In this document: positions 1 through 11,800 of the stretch, in pieces
Layout of the letters: every line of letters begins with the position of its first letter
Position numbering within the stretch: the stretch's first letter is position 1
From: Entomortierella parvispora E1425
Taxonomy: Eukaryota; Fungi; Mortierellomycota
Assembly (NCBI GenBank): GCA_020891255.1
Contig: BQFW01000002.1
Coordinates: 3,162,001 to 3,226,000 of the forward strand
Direction of reading: 5' to 3'
Length of the DNA stretch: 64,000 nucleotides
The notes under the pieces: model-generated
Seen by the model: the letters and a program-made list of their open reading frames with translations, nothing else
The model's database searches: none
What the model was told of the DNA's origin: nothing
Translations under genes and position numbers: made by a program

Positions 1-465
1 TATGGGAATGAAACCGTTCATTCCCCAATTTCAACGCGACGCGTTTTTTTTTTTTTTTTTGTGAGCAATTTTCACCGATTTTCGCTCCCTGGTCTTCACC
101 CGGACTTGATCGCCTCAATCGCAGCTTTTGTACATGTACAAGAGCCCATATTCATTCTAAGAATCCCAATCTCCAGATCTCAGTCAATACGACACTCATC
201 ATGGACAACCTTAAGAAGGGGATACTGTCTTGACTGACCATTTCCTTGACCGACATTTTTTCCACAATCTGTCTCCACAATCTGTCTCGGGTGAAAAAAG
301 GGGTGGGTACTCGATATTTATCGCTCTCGTCTGCACCAATGTCAGAACATGTGCGAAAACCGCATGCCTTGGGTCACGCTTCAACTGAGCTCGAAAAATA
401 CCCCTCCCCCCCTTCATCTGGACACTTGTACAGTACTTTTGAGGAAAGGAGAAGCTTTGAAGTAG

Positions 466-1230
466 AACATTTTCTGCCATGGAGGCGTTTCAGGGGTGGG
501 GGTGCAACCACTGGTGCCAGAAACTAGAGATTCTATATATCTGAGAGGTGAACAGCAAGCGGAGACTGTCTCTGGGGAAGTGGCTCGACTGGTACGAGCT
601 TTTCTGGCTACCTTCATTGAATCTGTCGTTCAGTCTCTCCAAGGAGTTTGATCAGCGGCCGCCCATCCACGGTCCAGCGAGATATGGATCAAGCTGAGCG
701 GTTCAAGAGTCCGTGCCTGTTGTGATTGGAAGTGTGAAGAAATCCAGGTAGTACCTGAAGTGAGCAAGCATTTTACGCGGTGTCACCCTCAAAAAAAAAA
801 AAAAAAAAAACAAGTTCACAATGCAACGAGATTCATGGTGATCTCCACCTTTCTCCTTCGTGGTCAAGAGGCAATGACATTTCATCGTGGTCACTCCTAT
901 GTTCATCGCATCGTCGACGTCGACCCCGTGACCAAACGGCAGTCTGCCTGGACTTTTTTCAAAATGAAATGGCTTGTCTCTTAAAAACGCTTCGTGATGA
1001 GGACATTTTGTGCAACCATGTCAGCAACAACGAAAAAAGCCATCGTTTGCGCAACCCCCCGTCCACCTCGGCCAGACCAGTCACTTAGTGGAGGGTCAGG
1101 TATAAATACCAGACCTTTCTCCCTTTCTTTTTTTCTCCTCAGTCGTCGACGCTCCCGAGGATGGAAAGGATGCAATCTTTTTACCGCCTCAGTGGGTCCT
1201 TCACCATTACTCGCAATTTTCGTGACGCGG
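466..1230 (+). pseudogene. Possible decayed coding remnant (F-box/RNI-like repeat-protein flavour), unresolved
   Basis: Protein-like pieces broken by stops in shifting frames (e.g. MEAFQGWGCNHWCQKLEILYI*EVNSKRRL..., NEMACLLKTLRDEDIL). No coherent gene model; the family resemblance is subjective. Confidence 0.15.
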
Positions 1231-2158
1231 GGGCTTCTACTCTTGTCACTCTGTCTGCGGTACTCGATCTTCATGAAGTTGGGTATCGTGGAAAACGTCA
1301 TTAGCCCTTGTAGGTCGCACCCTTGACTTATCATGGATTTTGCTTATCAGTCGCATTGAGCGGCGGGTAGTGAGTGCTGGGCATGCTGGGGAATAAAGGA
1401 AAAAGACATGTTGGCGGGTGGATGTGAGTAGCCGAAAGGCGCATCCATTACCCTGCGAGGAGTGCTCATGAGCTCCTAGGGAACTTTAAAGTTGCGCACG
1501 CCCGCGGGTAGCAGCTTGTAAACACCAAAAAAAACCCCCTTTCTCTTTTCTCTTTTTCGAACATGGTTGCAGAAAAAGACTTTTGAAGACCCCTTTGGGG
1601 CCCTCATTTTTTTTCTGTCTTTTTATTATCGGCATGTAGAAATAGTCACCAATTTCAACCGAACTTTGTGTTATATTTTAGAGGAAATGAAAACATGTCT
1701 GGACCATAAATATCAAGGTGCAATTACGTGGAGTGGTTGGAGAAGGGGGGAAGAGGGAATGTCGGAGGCAAAGTGACCGCGTGTCTGACTTAATGTGGGA
1801 ATTACCTCGCGCTCATTTCAGGTAGAGCCGATGGTGGAGAACTAGCCAACATGGTCCTTCACTGGCCAGTCGACATTGCGCTGATTGAATGCAGGGATGC
1901 AAGTAAGAAGGGGAGGGATGGGCAAGGAATGGAGGCATGCATGAGTGTCATGAGGGTCATTGAACATGCAAAGGGGAATAAAGTTCTCAACCAAACGTTT
2001 TGGTGGCGTCAGAGAGTGCACCGTGCACATTTGGGGCTGTGGCCCACGTCGCTCGATCGTGCAGATGAACTGTCTTTTTTCTTCATTCTTCTTCATCCTT
2101 CATCACCCTTCCACTCAACAAGAAATATCAAAGACCACTCTCATATGTCGAAACAAAC

Positions 2159-2900
2159 ATGTCGTCTCAGCAGCAGCCAAATCTACTGAATCCCAATGCA
2201 GCACAAAGTCCATCCGCCCTTCCAGACATCTTTCTATTCATTTCTCGATCCGGACAATCCGGATCATCTATTGGAGGTCCTTTGTCGCGTTTTTTGTTTG
2301 CCCTGGCTCAAGAGGACCATGGAAAAAAGAAATTGTGCCCCAGAGCAAGAAATCTAGCCCTCATTTAGCGGCGGCAAGTATTCCCTCAGCCTGTGCACTC
2401 TACACTTGCGCCGCCGTCGCAGAGATGAAAGAGTCCCACATGGTACCTCACCAGAAATCCAGTCTGCAGTGTCGTGGGTGACCAAGTTCTGTTTAGATCT
2501 TGGTCCCATTGTAGGTGATTGAGTTGACAACGACAACTTTACCAATTGCTCAAAATGTTGCTACATTGCGCCTGGTTTCTCCGCTTGAGACGATCCACTG
2601 GTGATCAATGGAACTTACATGATTGAAGGAACCAAGATTGCCTCAGCAGCGAGGTTAGAGATAGGCTGCCTCATTCTCGATGGAGATCACAACAGGACCA
2701 TCCTTCATGTGGCCGTGAAATCTCCGTGTCTCCACTTTACTACTCTCAAAAGAACTCGAGCGTCTTACGCCACAAGCCTGGTTTGAACTTTTTTGTCATT
2801 GGTCTCGTTCTGTCCATGTTGTTGGTGAAAGGACAAGAGAGTATCTCTGTGCAAGACTCAAGTGCGATTTAAAAACAAATATACCATGCTCGTATCCAGA
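2159..2900 (+). pseudogene. Possible frameshifted F-box-like gene remnant
   Basis: ATG at 2159 gives ...SALPDIFLFIS; an adjacent frame gives FLDPDNPDHLLEVLCRVFCLPW. Together they resemble an F-box start, and downstream frames contain many stops. Confidence 0.2.
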
Positions 2901-3022
2901 GCCCAAAATGCACTTGTGCTCTCTCAATGACCATAAAAATAAAAATATACAAAAAGAAACTCGTTTTTTACTGTTGATGAAGGGATCGAGCTGAAGGTAT
3001 GATATCCAAATGGCGGAAGAAA

Positions 3023-5104
3023 TTAATGGCTCTTGACGGGTTGTCCCTGCATCATGGGCATGACAGTTGGACCAGGTCCAGGAATAGCCTTGTTTTGTGG
3101 GATCATGGGTGGACCTCGCATCGCACCAGACGGTCCATTAGCCACGCGCAGAATTTGTTGAGCTGGCACTCTGCTGCTCATGGGTCCGGGGTTGGGTCCT
3201 GGGGCAGGGTGACGGGGAGGGGGGACTGCCGAATGAGCATTGATCTCGGTATTGGCAGCTGTGGTCATGTCTGTTCGGTTGACCGACTTTTTGGAGCCTG
3301 ATCTAGCCACACCTCCAGAGACCCTGCGACCGAGAGACCTTTCTCTTGACAATGATCCGAGGCAGACCTTCCTGATGAAGAACGATGCCACCTTGGTAAA
3401 GTCGTTTGGCTTCTCTTCTTGAGGCAGATGGCCAGCGTGCTTGACAATCTTCAAGACTTGCGGCACATTGAATTGACGCACACTCTGCAAGGTCTCAAAG
3501 AGTCGTAGAGTCTCGATAGTTGGTACCACATCGTCCACATCGCCCGTGATAACTAAAGTTGACATCTCCGTCAGCCGATCCAAATGGCTCATGATCTTGA
3601 AGCTTTCTCTGTACTTTGCAGAGTTGCTCAGTCCTCTCCAGAATCCCTCTTCCTTAGTTGGGTTCATGTACATCTCTAACGTTTTTGGATCCGACAGGAT
3701 AGTCTTGGGCTTGTAATAAAGTTGCTGCAAAGGACCGTGGTCGCCGTAGAGGCTCTTGTAAATCCAGGACAATGGTGGGGGGTAAGAGACGCAGGCTCGG
3801 AGATACAATGGTGGGGACTCGTCTTGAATCGAGGGTGCAATGAGGATCAAGCCCCTCGCTAACTGAGGCTTTGACAAGGCCAAAGCAGAAGCCACTGTTG
3901 CTCCTGTACCGTTGCCCAAGAGAACCAGGTTCTGGTTCATACCCAATGTCTCGAGAAGTGTCTGACAGATGGCCATGACGCCACCATTCTTGTAGGGGTT
4001 GGCATTCTTGGGCCACTTTGAGGGCTTATCAGATAGACCATGCCCGACCCGGTCGTACGATAAAACTCTGCATCCCGTTCGATCCGCTAGAGTCTGCTGA
4101 ACCTTGCGCCAAGTCCCCAGGTTTGATAGTGCTCCATGGAAAAGAACTATGTTGCGACCGTTACCATTGATAATGTAGGATGGATCTTGTGTAGGGTAGC
4201 ACACCTTGTAGTGGATCTTCCAGTTGTGGATGGTCACGAACCCAACTTTTTCTGCGAATCGTCGAATCGGTAAGACATAAGGCGCAGGCTCTGAGCCCTG
4301 TGCACGAGCAGTCTCTGTCATTGGTGAATGGCCTGCTGTTTGGTGCCTGCCTGCAGGTGCAGCTGCAGACCCAGCTGCGCCTGGTGCCGTCGCTGTCGCT
4401 GCTGCCGACACTGTTGATGCTATGATGTTATTGTCGGCATTGCCAAGGGGACTCGCTCCATGGATCTTTGCTGTTGTGGCTTTTGTGAAGTTCTCATGAT
4501 AGACAGGCAGGCCCTTGGCGAGAGGAGTGCTGGGGGAGATAGGGGAGGACGGCGAGGCAGGACCTTCTTTCGGTGGGAGGCTAATAGACTTTCGTTTGGT
4601 ATCGATACCCATGGGTGGCCGACGAGTGTTTGGTGGCGCACCACCATCAGCGGCACACGAGGATTGCAAGGCGGAGACTGCAGGCTCCTGAGTAGACGAT
4701 AATGGGGCCATGAGTACAGCGGCATTGCTGTCGCTGTGTTGTTCGTTATTTTGCGATTGCTCTTGTGCTCCCGTATTGCTATCATTATTGATTTCCAGGG
4801 AATGAGCAAGGAGCTCACCCGGGTTTTGACTCGTGTTGCCTTCTTCACCACCTTCGTCTTCTTCTTCTTCTTCTTCGTCTTCGTCCTCTTCGTCGTCTTC
4901 GTCGTCTTCGAGACTCTCCATGCCGTTTTCGATACCCTGATAGATGATATCCTCGTCGTCACTCTGACCCACATCGACATGGTCAATACCGACACCAAGG
5001 CGCAAGAACTGCGTTGCTGCTGGGTTGGCATACGCGACTGGTGGTGGGGCGGCCGAGGACTGCCTCCGATGAAACGGTTTTCCGTTCGAGTTTGATCGAT
5101 TCAT
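3023..5104 (-). CDS. Alpha/beta-hydrolase-fold protein, 693 aa, single exon, with acidic/low-complexity N-terminus; nucleophile elbow reads GNGTG
   Basis: Long ORF with a likely start at 5104 (MNRSNS), because the upstream in-frame part is pyrimidine-rich UTR-like sequence. Motifs: VLFHGALSN, VLSYDRVGHGLSDKP, LILIAP, ITGDVDDVVP, AGHLPQEEKP. Confidence 0.85.
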   Translation of the reverse strand: MNRSNSNGKPFHRRQSSAAPPPVAYANPAATQFLRLGVGIDHVDVGQSDDEDIIYQGIENGMESLEDDEDDEEDEDEEEEEEDEGGEEGNTSQNPGELLAHSLEINNDSNTGAQEQSQNNEQHSDSNAAVLMAPLSSTQEPAVSALQSSCAADGGAPPNTRRPPMGIDTKRKSISLPPKEGPASPSSPISPSTPLAKGLPVYHENFTKATTAKIHGASPLGNADNNIIASTVSAAATATAPGAAGSAAAPAGRHQTAGHSPMTETARAQGSEPAPYVLPIRRFAEKVGFVTIHNWKIHYKVCYPTQDPSYIINGNGRNIVLFHGALSNLGTWRKVQQTLADRTGCRVLSYDRVGHGLSDKPSKWPKNANPYKNGGVMAICQTLLETLGMNQNLVLLGNGTGATVASALALSKPQLARGLILIAPSIQDESPPLYLRACVSYPPPLSWIYKSLYGDHGPLQQLYYKPKTILSDPKTLEMYMNPTKEEGFWRGLSNSAKYRESFKIMSHLDRLTEMSTLVITGDVDDVVPTIETLRLFETLQSVRQFNVPQVLKIVKHAGHLPQEEKPNDFTKVASFFIRKVCLGSLSRERSLGRRVSGGVARSGSKKSVNRTDMTTAANTEINAHSAVPPPRHPAPGPNPGPMSSRVPAQQILRVANGPSGAMRGPPMIPQNKAIPGPGPTVMPMMQGQPVKSH

Positions 5105-5468
5105 CCGTATTTGTGGAAAAGAGAGTAGGGAAGGGGAGAGGCTTTCTGATGAAGATACAGCAATTATATTAGGGTATGAAATGGAAGGGAAAAGAAGGGA
5201 AATAACAGGAAGGTAAGGAACAACGACGGGCGGCGAGCAGGATGGAAGGAAAGAGCAAGAGAAGAGAAGAGAAGAGAGCAACAAAAGAACGCCAGGGCAA
5301 AAAAATGATGATTTCATAAATTAGGGTTTTGCATTTCAGGCACAGACGAACAGTCAAACAGCCATTGAGTGTTGGCCGCAGAGAGAAAAAAACCTCCTTC
5401 GGCGGGTATTTGTATGTGTAATATTGCTATGTGTTTGACTTTTCTGCTGCTACCTTTCTGTGCTGGGA

Positions 5469-6321
5469 TCAGTAGTAAAAAATAGCGAATGCCACTGCAG
5501 CGCACCACAGAGAGTCCTATTTCGTTGACGGACAATTGATTTGCACGATTAGTTCTCGTCTGGTTTCAATATCACAAATAGCGAGAACATCTCCCAGGTG
5601 CAAAAACACTCACGTTGGAGAAGAAAGCCTGTGCAGACCCATCCGATTCTGGATCCCAATAGCATCGCGAGTCCATCCTGGCGCCTTCTCCGAGGTTCTC
5701 GCCCATCACCACGTTCACTACATACTTGTACCGGCCAAGCTCCAGTTCTATGATGAGATCGGTCAAACGGAGAAAAAAGAGGGCCCGATATGTTAATTTA
5801 ATTTTGGATGTCTCGCGCATGTCAAAATCAAGACTGTTCCTTCTATATGTGCCAGCAAAGCAAAGAGCAAGGCATGTGCTTCCATATGGACCACTCTTGA
5901 AAGGTGTAGCCGGCGCAGTCCTAGTCTTTATACCAATGAGTTTGGTCTTGATTTCTTCGGCGATTAGCTTGGATAGCCTCTGCGACTCTTCTCCGTGATA
6001 GACAGCGTGGAGAAGATGGTTCTGAAGAATCTGCTGCATGAATTTGGTGGCAACTGGTGGTTTGAATCTACAGCAAAGACAAAAGCCTGGTTAATAATGA
6101 CCATTGTCACCTGTACATTACGAAATGCGCTCTAATGTAATGAGCGAGTGTAATCTTGCTTTTCGGTGCGTCTCCACTGCATCCTTTGCTTACTTTTGCA
6201 TGAAGGTTGGTCGTAAGCTGAAGGAATCTCGGTCTGAGGAAGTGGAGGTCCTGCCCTGTGCCAAGATGGCGGAGGAGGATGTCGAGGACGAGTCCTGCTG
6301 ATGATGTGAGGTGGCCGACAT
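5469..6321 (-). CDS. TCTEX1D2: Tctex-1 domain dynein light chain, TCTEX1D2/DYNLT2B-like, 147 aa; exons 6321-6194, 6067-5934, 5747-5614, 5516-5469
   Basis: Three GT-AG introns with consistent phases give ...FSLRPTFMQKFKPPVATKFMQQILQNHL...RYKYVVNVVMGENLGEGARMDSRCYWDPESDGSAQAFFSNDSLWCAAVAFAIFYY*. This matches the TCTEX1D2 pattern as I recall it (LRPxFxxxFxP ... GExxGEG ... SRCxWD ... NDSL ... FYY). Confidence 0.85.
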
Positions 6322-7092
6322 GATTCTGTTCCTGAGTTCCGATGAAGAGTCGTTTCTTTCTGATGCGATCTTGAGCGGAGGTTGGTGGGTCCTGGGTCCT
6401 TTTCCGTGAGTGCAAGTACAGTGGTAGTATATACAGGAATGGTCCACAGATGCGTCTGCTGATGACAAGAGCGAAATGAAAGTTTGTTCTTTCTGATGGA
6501 ATGATGCAGTCAGACAGACAGAGTGGTTTTTTGGTGAAAAAGAGCCTATTTTTAGCCCGCGTGTCTTTCGTGCCACTCAGTGCCTTCTGTTCCCTCGTCC
6601 CTGTGTGTCTGTCTGTCTGTCTGTCCTTTGGTCGTTGTTGTCCTTGTCCTTGTCTCGTTGCATTCCTTGGATGCACACATGCATGACATGCATGTGTGCA
6701 TGTCATCGGGATGCATCCTACCTGAAGAAGAGACAGAGATAGCTCATACTCCAGGGGATGTCACCGCTGTGTGCATGGGCAATGTCTCCTTAATCTGGGC
6801 GAAATAGTGCAGCACAGTAAGCGAAAGTGAAGCGCCTTTCTTGCCCCCTCTCTCCCTGGCCCCAAAAACAAAGAAAGCGCGGCATTCGCTGATGCGGTCA
6901 TGGCGGTCCATGCGGCGACACCGTAATCGTCCTCCATAAGATCACTCTCCTTCTCCATTCTTGTCCTCCAATCCTTTTTCATTCATTCATTCCATTCTCC
7001 CTCTCCCTCCCCCTCCCCCTCCTATTATTCCGCCAAGCAAAAAAGACAAGGTCCAGGAAGAAGCAACTCTAGTGTCGTCATTCGCAGCAATA

Positions 7093-8692
7093 ATGGACTC
7101 GTCCTCCTCCTCCTCCCCTTCGTCGTCCTCAACACGGCCCATCCCTCACTCAAGTCGACCTCCGCACGTCCGAGCTCAAGACAGCGCATCGCCACAGGGA
7201 AGCGCCATTCCATTACATCTCAAGGCAACGGACATGGACAGTAACCGCACAGGCGTCCATGGCGACAAGAACCACAGCAACAGCGCCGTCGCTCAAGCCA
7301 ATGGCGGCAACCACCCCCCTGGGCTCTCAGCGCAAGAGCGGCAGGCTGCAGCATCCGCACCCGCACCCGCACCAGCCGCCAACAACACCAACGGCACCAG
7401 TCAGGGCAGTCTCTCCCTCAGCATCACACCACCCTCACGCCTCCCTCCATCCTCTTCCTCGTCTCTACCGGATCGGCCAGCGTCGCCACCCAAGGGCACC
7501 AATGGCGGCAGTCAAGACTCCCTGGGCCCTCCTCCGTCTCTGAATCTTGGCCTGCGTCGCGCCTCATTGAGTCTGTCCGCTGGATCGTTGAACTTCCCGC
7601 CTGGATCTTCGTCATCCATGGCCTCGCCCTCTTCACCGTCCTACTCCACAATTGCGGTTGCGCGTGCCAGAGCGGCGGCTGCTGCAGCGGAAGGGGCTGG
7701 AGGAGGCCTAGGAGGAATCGGAGAAGAAGGAGAGCCAGGAGGTGGCGCTCAAGGGGCCTTTGGTTCGCCAGCATCAGGTGTGATCGACTCTGGTGTCTTT
7801 TCGGGACAGAACCCATTCTTGGGCTCGCTACATGACCGGTCTCCGCCACCGTCCTCGTCGTCGTCCGTATCGTCGTTCCGGCCTCGATCTGTACCACAGC
7901 CTCCTCCTCCTCCAAGATCCGTGAACTCTTCGTCTTCCTCTTTGAACTCAAACGCCTCTGGAACGTCGATCCATTCACAATCAGAACCCTCGAATCATTT
8001 GCAGGATAATTTCAAGGCGGAGAGGGAGGTCTCGATGATCCTTCCTGATTTTCTTTATCTGGGAGGAGAACTGGTCGAGGAGGATCAGATCTTGGAACTG
8101 GAACGTCTGGGAATCCAAAGAGTGCTGAACATGGCCGAGAACTGCAATGATGAACTCTGGATCCAACGATCTGAGAGCTCTGGAAGTTCAGAACGTTATC
8201 TCAAAGTAGGATTGCGGGATCACGTTGACCAGGACCTGAAAGATGGTCTAGACAAAGCCATCAAGTTTATTGGTAAGGGCCTAAAAGGGGGGAATGATGA
8301 GGATACCATTACCATCACCAGTAATGCTAGACGCTTATTCCTAAAGACATGCCACTCACTGTCCCTTGCTTTCATTCTTTCACGTTTTCTCTATTTTAGC
8401 TGCATCGAAAACACCAGTCTATGTACATTGTCAAGCAGGAAAGTCACGGTCAGTCGCCACAGTAATCGGATACTTGATCCAGGAGCATCGGTGGCCACTC
8501 AAGAAGGCATATGACCATGTAGTGGAACGACGGAGGTGCATGTCACCCAACATTGGCTTTGTATCGCAGTTGATAATGCTGGAGGAGAGGGTCCTTGGAG
8601 CCGATCAGGCAGGCGGCCTCGTCAGTGTAGCGGAGACGGACGATGTAGATCCCAGCTCAAGAACCACGGTGATGCCATGGACAACCTCATGA
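7093..8692 (+). CDS. Dual-specificity protein phosphatase, 490 aa, with long Ser/Pro-rich N-terminus; exons 7093-8272, 8400-8692
   Basis: DSP domain: ILPDFLYLGG, ERLGIQRVLNMA, P-loop VHCQAGKSRS, SPNIGFVSQL. One GT-AG intron (8273-8399) joins the two listed ORFs in phase. Confidence 0.9.
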
Positions 8693-8881
8693 TAGAGCCT
8701 ACTTTACAAAATACAAAAAAAAGCTTGCGAAAAAAACTACTTTCACTCAAAGATTTGATTCACTGCGAGTGACTTTAATGGCCCCAAACGACCGGGTGCG
8801 TGAGACAGACCGCACAGCTACATCACTCTTACTTCAAGGGTACGTTGGGGTACGGATAGTGGATATATTCACCCCGTTGAT

Positions 8882-11800
8882 CTAGACAACTTGGAAGGTG
8901 ACGGACAGAGCTTCTGGTCGCATGGCATTGACTGTCAACTTGAAAACTCCCCTCTCAACCTTCTTTTGCAGGTTGCGACCATGGTACTCCAAGGCGCTTC
9001 GTGTAATCTCGAAAGTGACAACCTTGGACTGACCGGGCTCCAGTTGAACCTTTTCGAATCCCTTGAGCAAAAACGCCTCCGGCATCACCTCGCTCCTGTA
9101 CTGTGGAGTGATGTACCAAAAGACTGTCTCCTTGACCGCCCGTGATCCACTGTTCTGGATGGTGACTCTAGCTACAATTGAATCAGAATTTCCGTCTCCC
9201 GTGGTCGAGGGGCAGTGTTGGTGTTTCCTGCTGTTTTCGCCCTTACAGGAGGCATCAAAGGCGGTGGCGGAGGACCCTTCTTTATCTTCTTCTTTAGCTT
9301 TGCCCTTGTCATCGACTTTGGGAAGGCGTTTCCTGCGAACACTGTTCGAGTTGAAGATTGAAACTGAAAGCAAGGCCCGAGCTGGCTGTACGTTGGTCGC
9401 GACTGGTTCAGACAAGTCTCTTGAGAGCAACATTTCTGGGTAATGATGCATAGCCTCCTGTGGAGTAGAACCGCGCTTGACTAGAACTCGGTCATTGTCC
9501 TCCTCCTCTTCTTCTTCTTCATCCCCGTTGTCCTGATCATAGTCGTCCTCCTCGCCATCGCCTTCTTCATCGTCGTCTTCGTTCTCCTCGATCTCCTCCT
9601 CTGGATCCATGGCGATCTCGCTCTCTGGATCAACTTCATCGTCGCCGTCAGAAGTCGTCGTGTGCAGACTCGATTTGCTCAGAGTCAGACCTTGGTACTC
9701 AACTGTGGAATAAGAAAGCCCGGCACTGAAAGGGAACAAGGGTGTGTAAGGGTCAACGCCTGATCGGTAATAGTTGGCCGTCATGTCTGAAGGTCCACTC
9801 GGGTAGGTGATTGGCAAACGGCCCGATGGGTTCACTGTGCCTCTAAGAACCTCGGCGATAGGCAAACCACCCCATGGACCTGGCAAGTAGGCCATCACGA
9901 TCGCATCCACGCTGTCAGCCACCTCCTGTAGGCCTCTAGGTCGACCCTCGACTAGAACCAGGATCACTTTGGTCTTGGTTCCCCTGGTCAAACGCGTGAT
10001 TCGACGGACCACCTCCAGCTGACCCCAAGGCAGGTCCAAACTGTTCAGGTTACCAACAATCTCGGCATAAGGCTTCTCACCGAGGCAAAGCACTACCGCA
10101 TCGGCATCCTGAATCTTGGAGAGATAGTCTCCGCCATAGTCGCCATTTCCATCAAAATCCACGCTCCATGAGGAAGCCACAGATTGTTCTCCAAACTCGT
10201 GCTTCAGACCTTGGAGGATGGTCTCTCCACGGTTCTGGTACCAATCATCGTTTTCAGCCCCTTGCCACTTGATGGACCACCCGCCCGAGAGAGCTCGGAT
10301 AGAATCTGCTGCAGGGCCAGTGACAAAAATCTTCTTGTTTCCTGTCAGAGGCAAGACTGAATTGCTGTTCTTGAGGACAGTGATACTTTCGCGGGCAGCA
10401 TCTCTCGCCGCATTGATGTCTTGCTGACTTCCGACCTGACTCAGCAAATCGGGATCGCTCATGGGCTGATCAAATAGCCCAAGATCCTTCTTCAGCTGCA
10501 AGACCTTGGCAGCCGACTGCAAGAGTCGTGTTCGATTCAGTTGGCCTTCTTGAACGAGAGCAACAGAATCCCTGGAGAAAGAATCGGACTGGGGAACCAT
10601 GACCATGTCGACTGACGTTTGTTTGATACACTGTAGAGTTGCATCCTTGAGCGAAGGGACTGTCCGATGCTCGGTGAAGAGCCGATCCAATTCATTCCAA
10701 TCGGTGACCAGCATTCCTTCGAACCCCATTCGATATCGCAAAAGCTCGGTAAGATAGAAATGAGAACCAACGACAGGCTGGCCGTTCACGTCAATGTAGG
10801 TTTCCATGGCTGTCGCCACTCCGGAATCCACGGCTGCCTGAAAGGGTGGCACAAAGTAATCCATCAGGTAATTGTCTGGAATCCACGCTGAAGATCTATC
10901 ATAGAATGTGGAAGCAGGTAAAGTCAGTCGTCAAGAAAACTCGAAAATCTTTCAATGGACACGGGAGAGGTTGTCGTCAGATTACTTGTCTTGGCCATTG
11001 CGCGATGCGGAGTATCCAATAAAGTGCTTCATGCATGCTGCAACGCGACTGCGATCCGTCTTGTAATCTCCCTGTAGCCCTCTGATGATGGCACTACCCA
11101 TCGTCGCGACAACATGGGGATCTAGAATAAATAAGCGGGAAAACTTATGAGTACCAGCATGCTGAGAGACTACTCTATCATGGAAATAGCTGACTATCGA
11201 CGTATTACCCTCTCCGAATGATTCATAGACACGGGGCCACAGCTTGTGGACGGCGATATCCAAGATGGGGGCAAAGACCCAAGGGATACCTGCAGCACGC
11301 GTGTCCCTTGCCGTGATCCTTCCTGCTTCGTACGCCAATGTAGTATTAAAAGTCGCAGCCAGACCAATCTCCTGTGGGAACAGGACTGCGCCGTCGACGT
11401 AGTTTGCTCCATGGACCGAGTCAAGCCTGTTTTAGTCGCGAATTAGGTTCGAAAAAGACATTTAAAAGTCAGAGAGACTTGACGACCAACGAGAAAATTG
11501 GGCGAAGCTAAAAGAATCGAACTCTGCTCAGCGATCTTTACCCGTAGATGATGGGAACGCGTTTGCCGTTCTCCAAAGCGACTTTTTGGATGGCGTCAAC
11601 AACCTTGGCAAACCGGATGGCAGAGTACGAAATGTACCTACCTCCATGACTGGTCAAAGATGAAACTGCATGTCAGAAGAAATGGAAGATCACAAGAGCC
11701 GCTTTGATAAAAAAAAAACTTGGACGCATGCATAAAAAGACTCACTTGGAGGGCGTATCCAAGAAACTTCCCACGCCCCATTCGCGAATCCAGTATTGGA

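Noticed and set aside
5105-5317. Hydrophobic 71-aa N-terminal extension of the hydrolase ORF that looks like a signal peptide
   Set aside because: It is the translation of a CT-rich UTR/promoter tract from a non-preferred start; the ATG at 5104 is more plausible.
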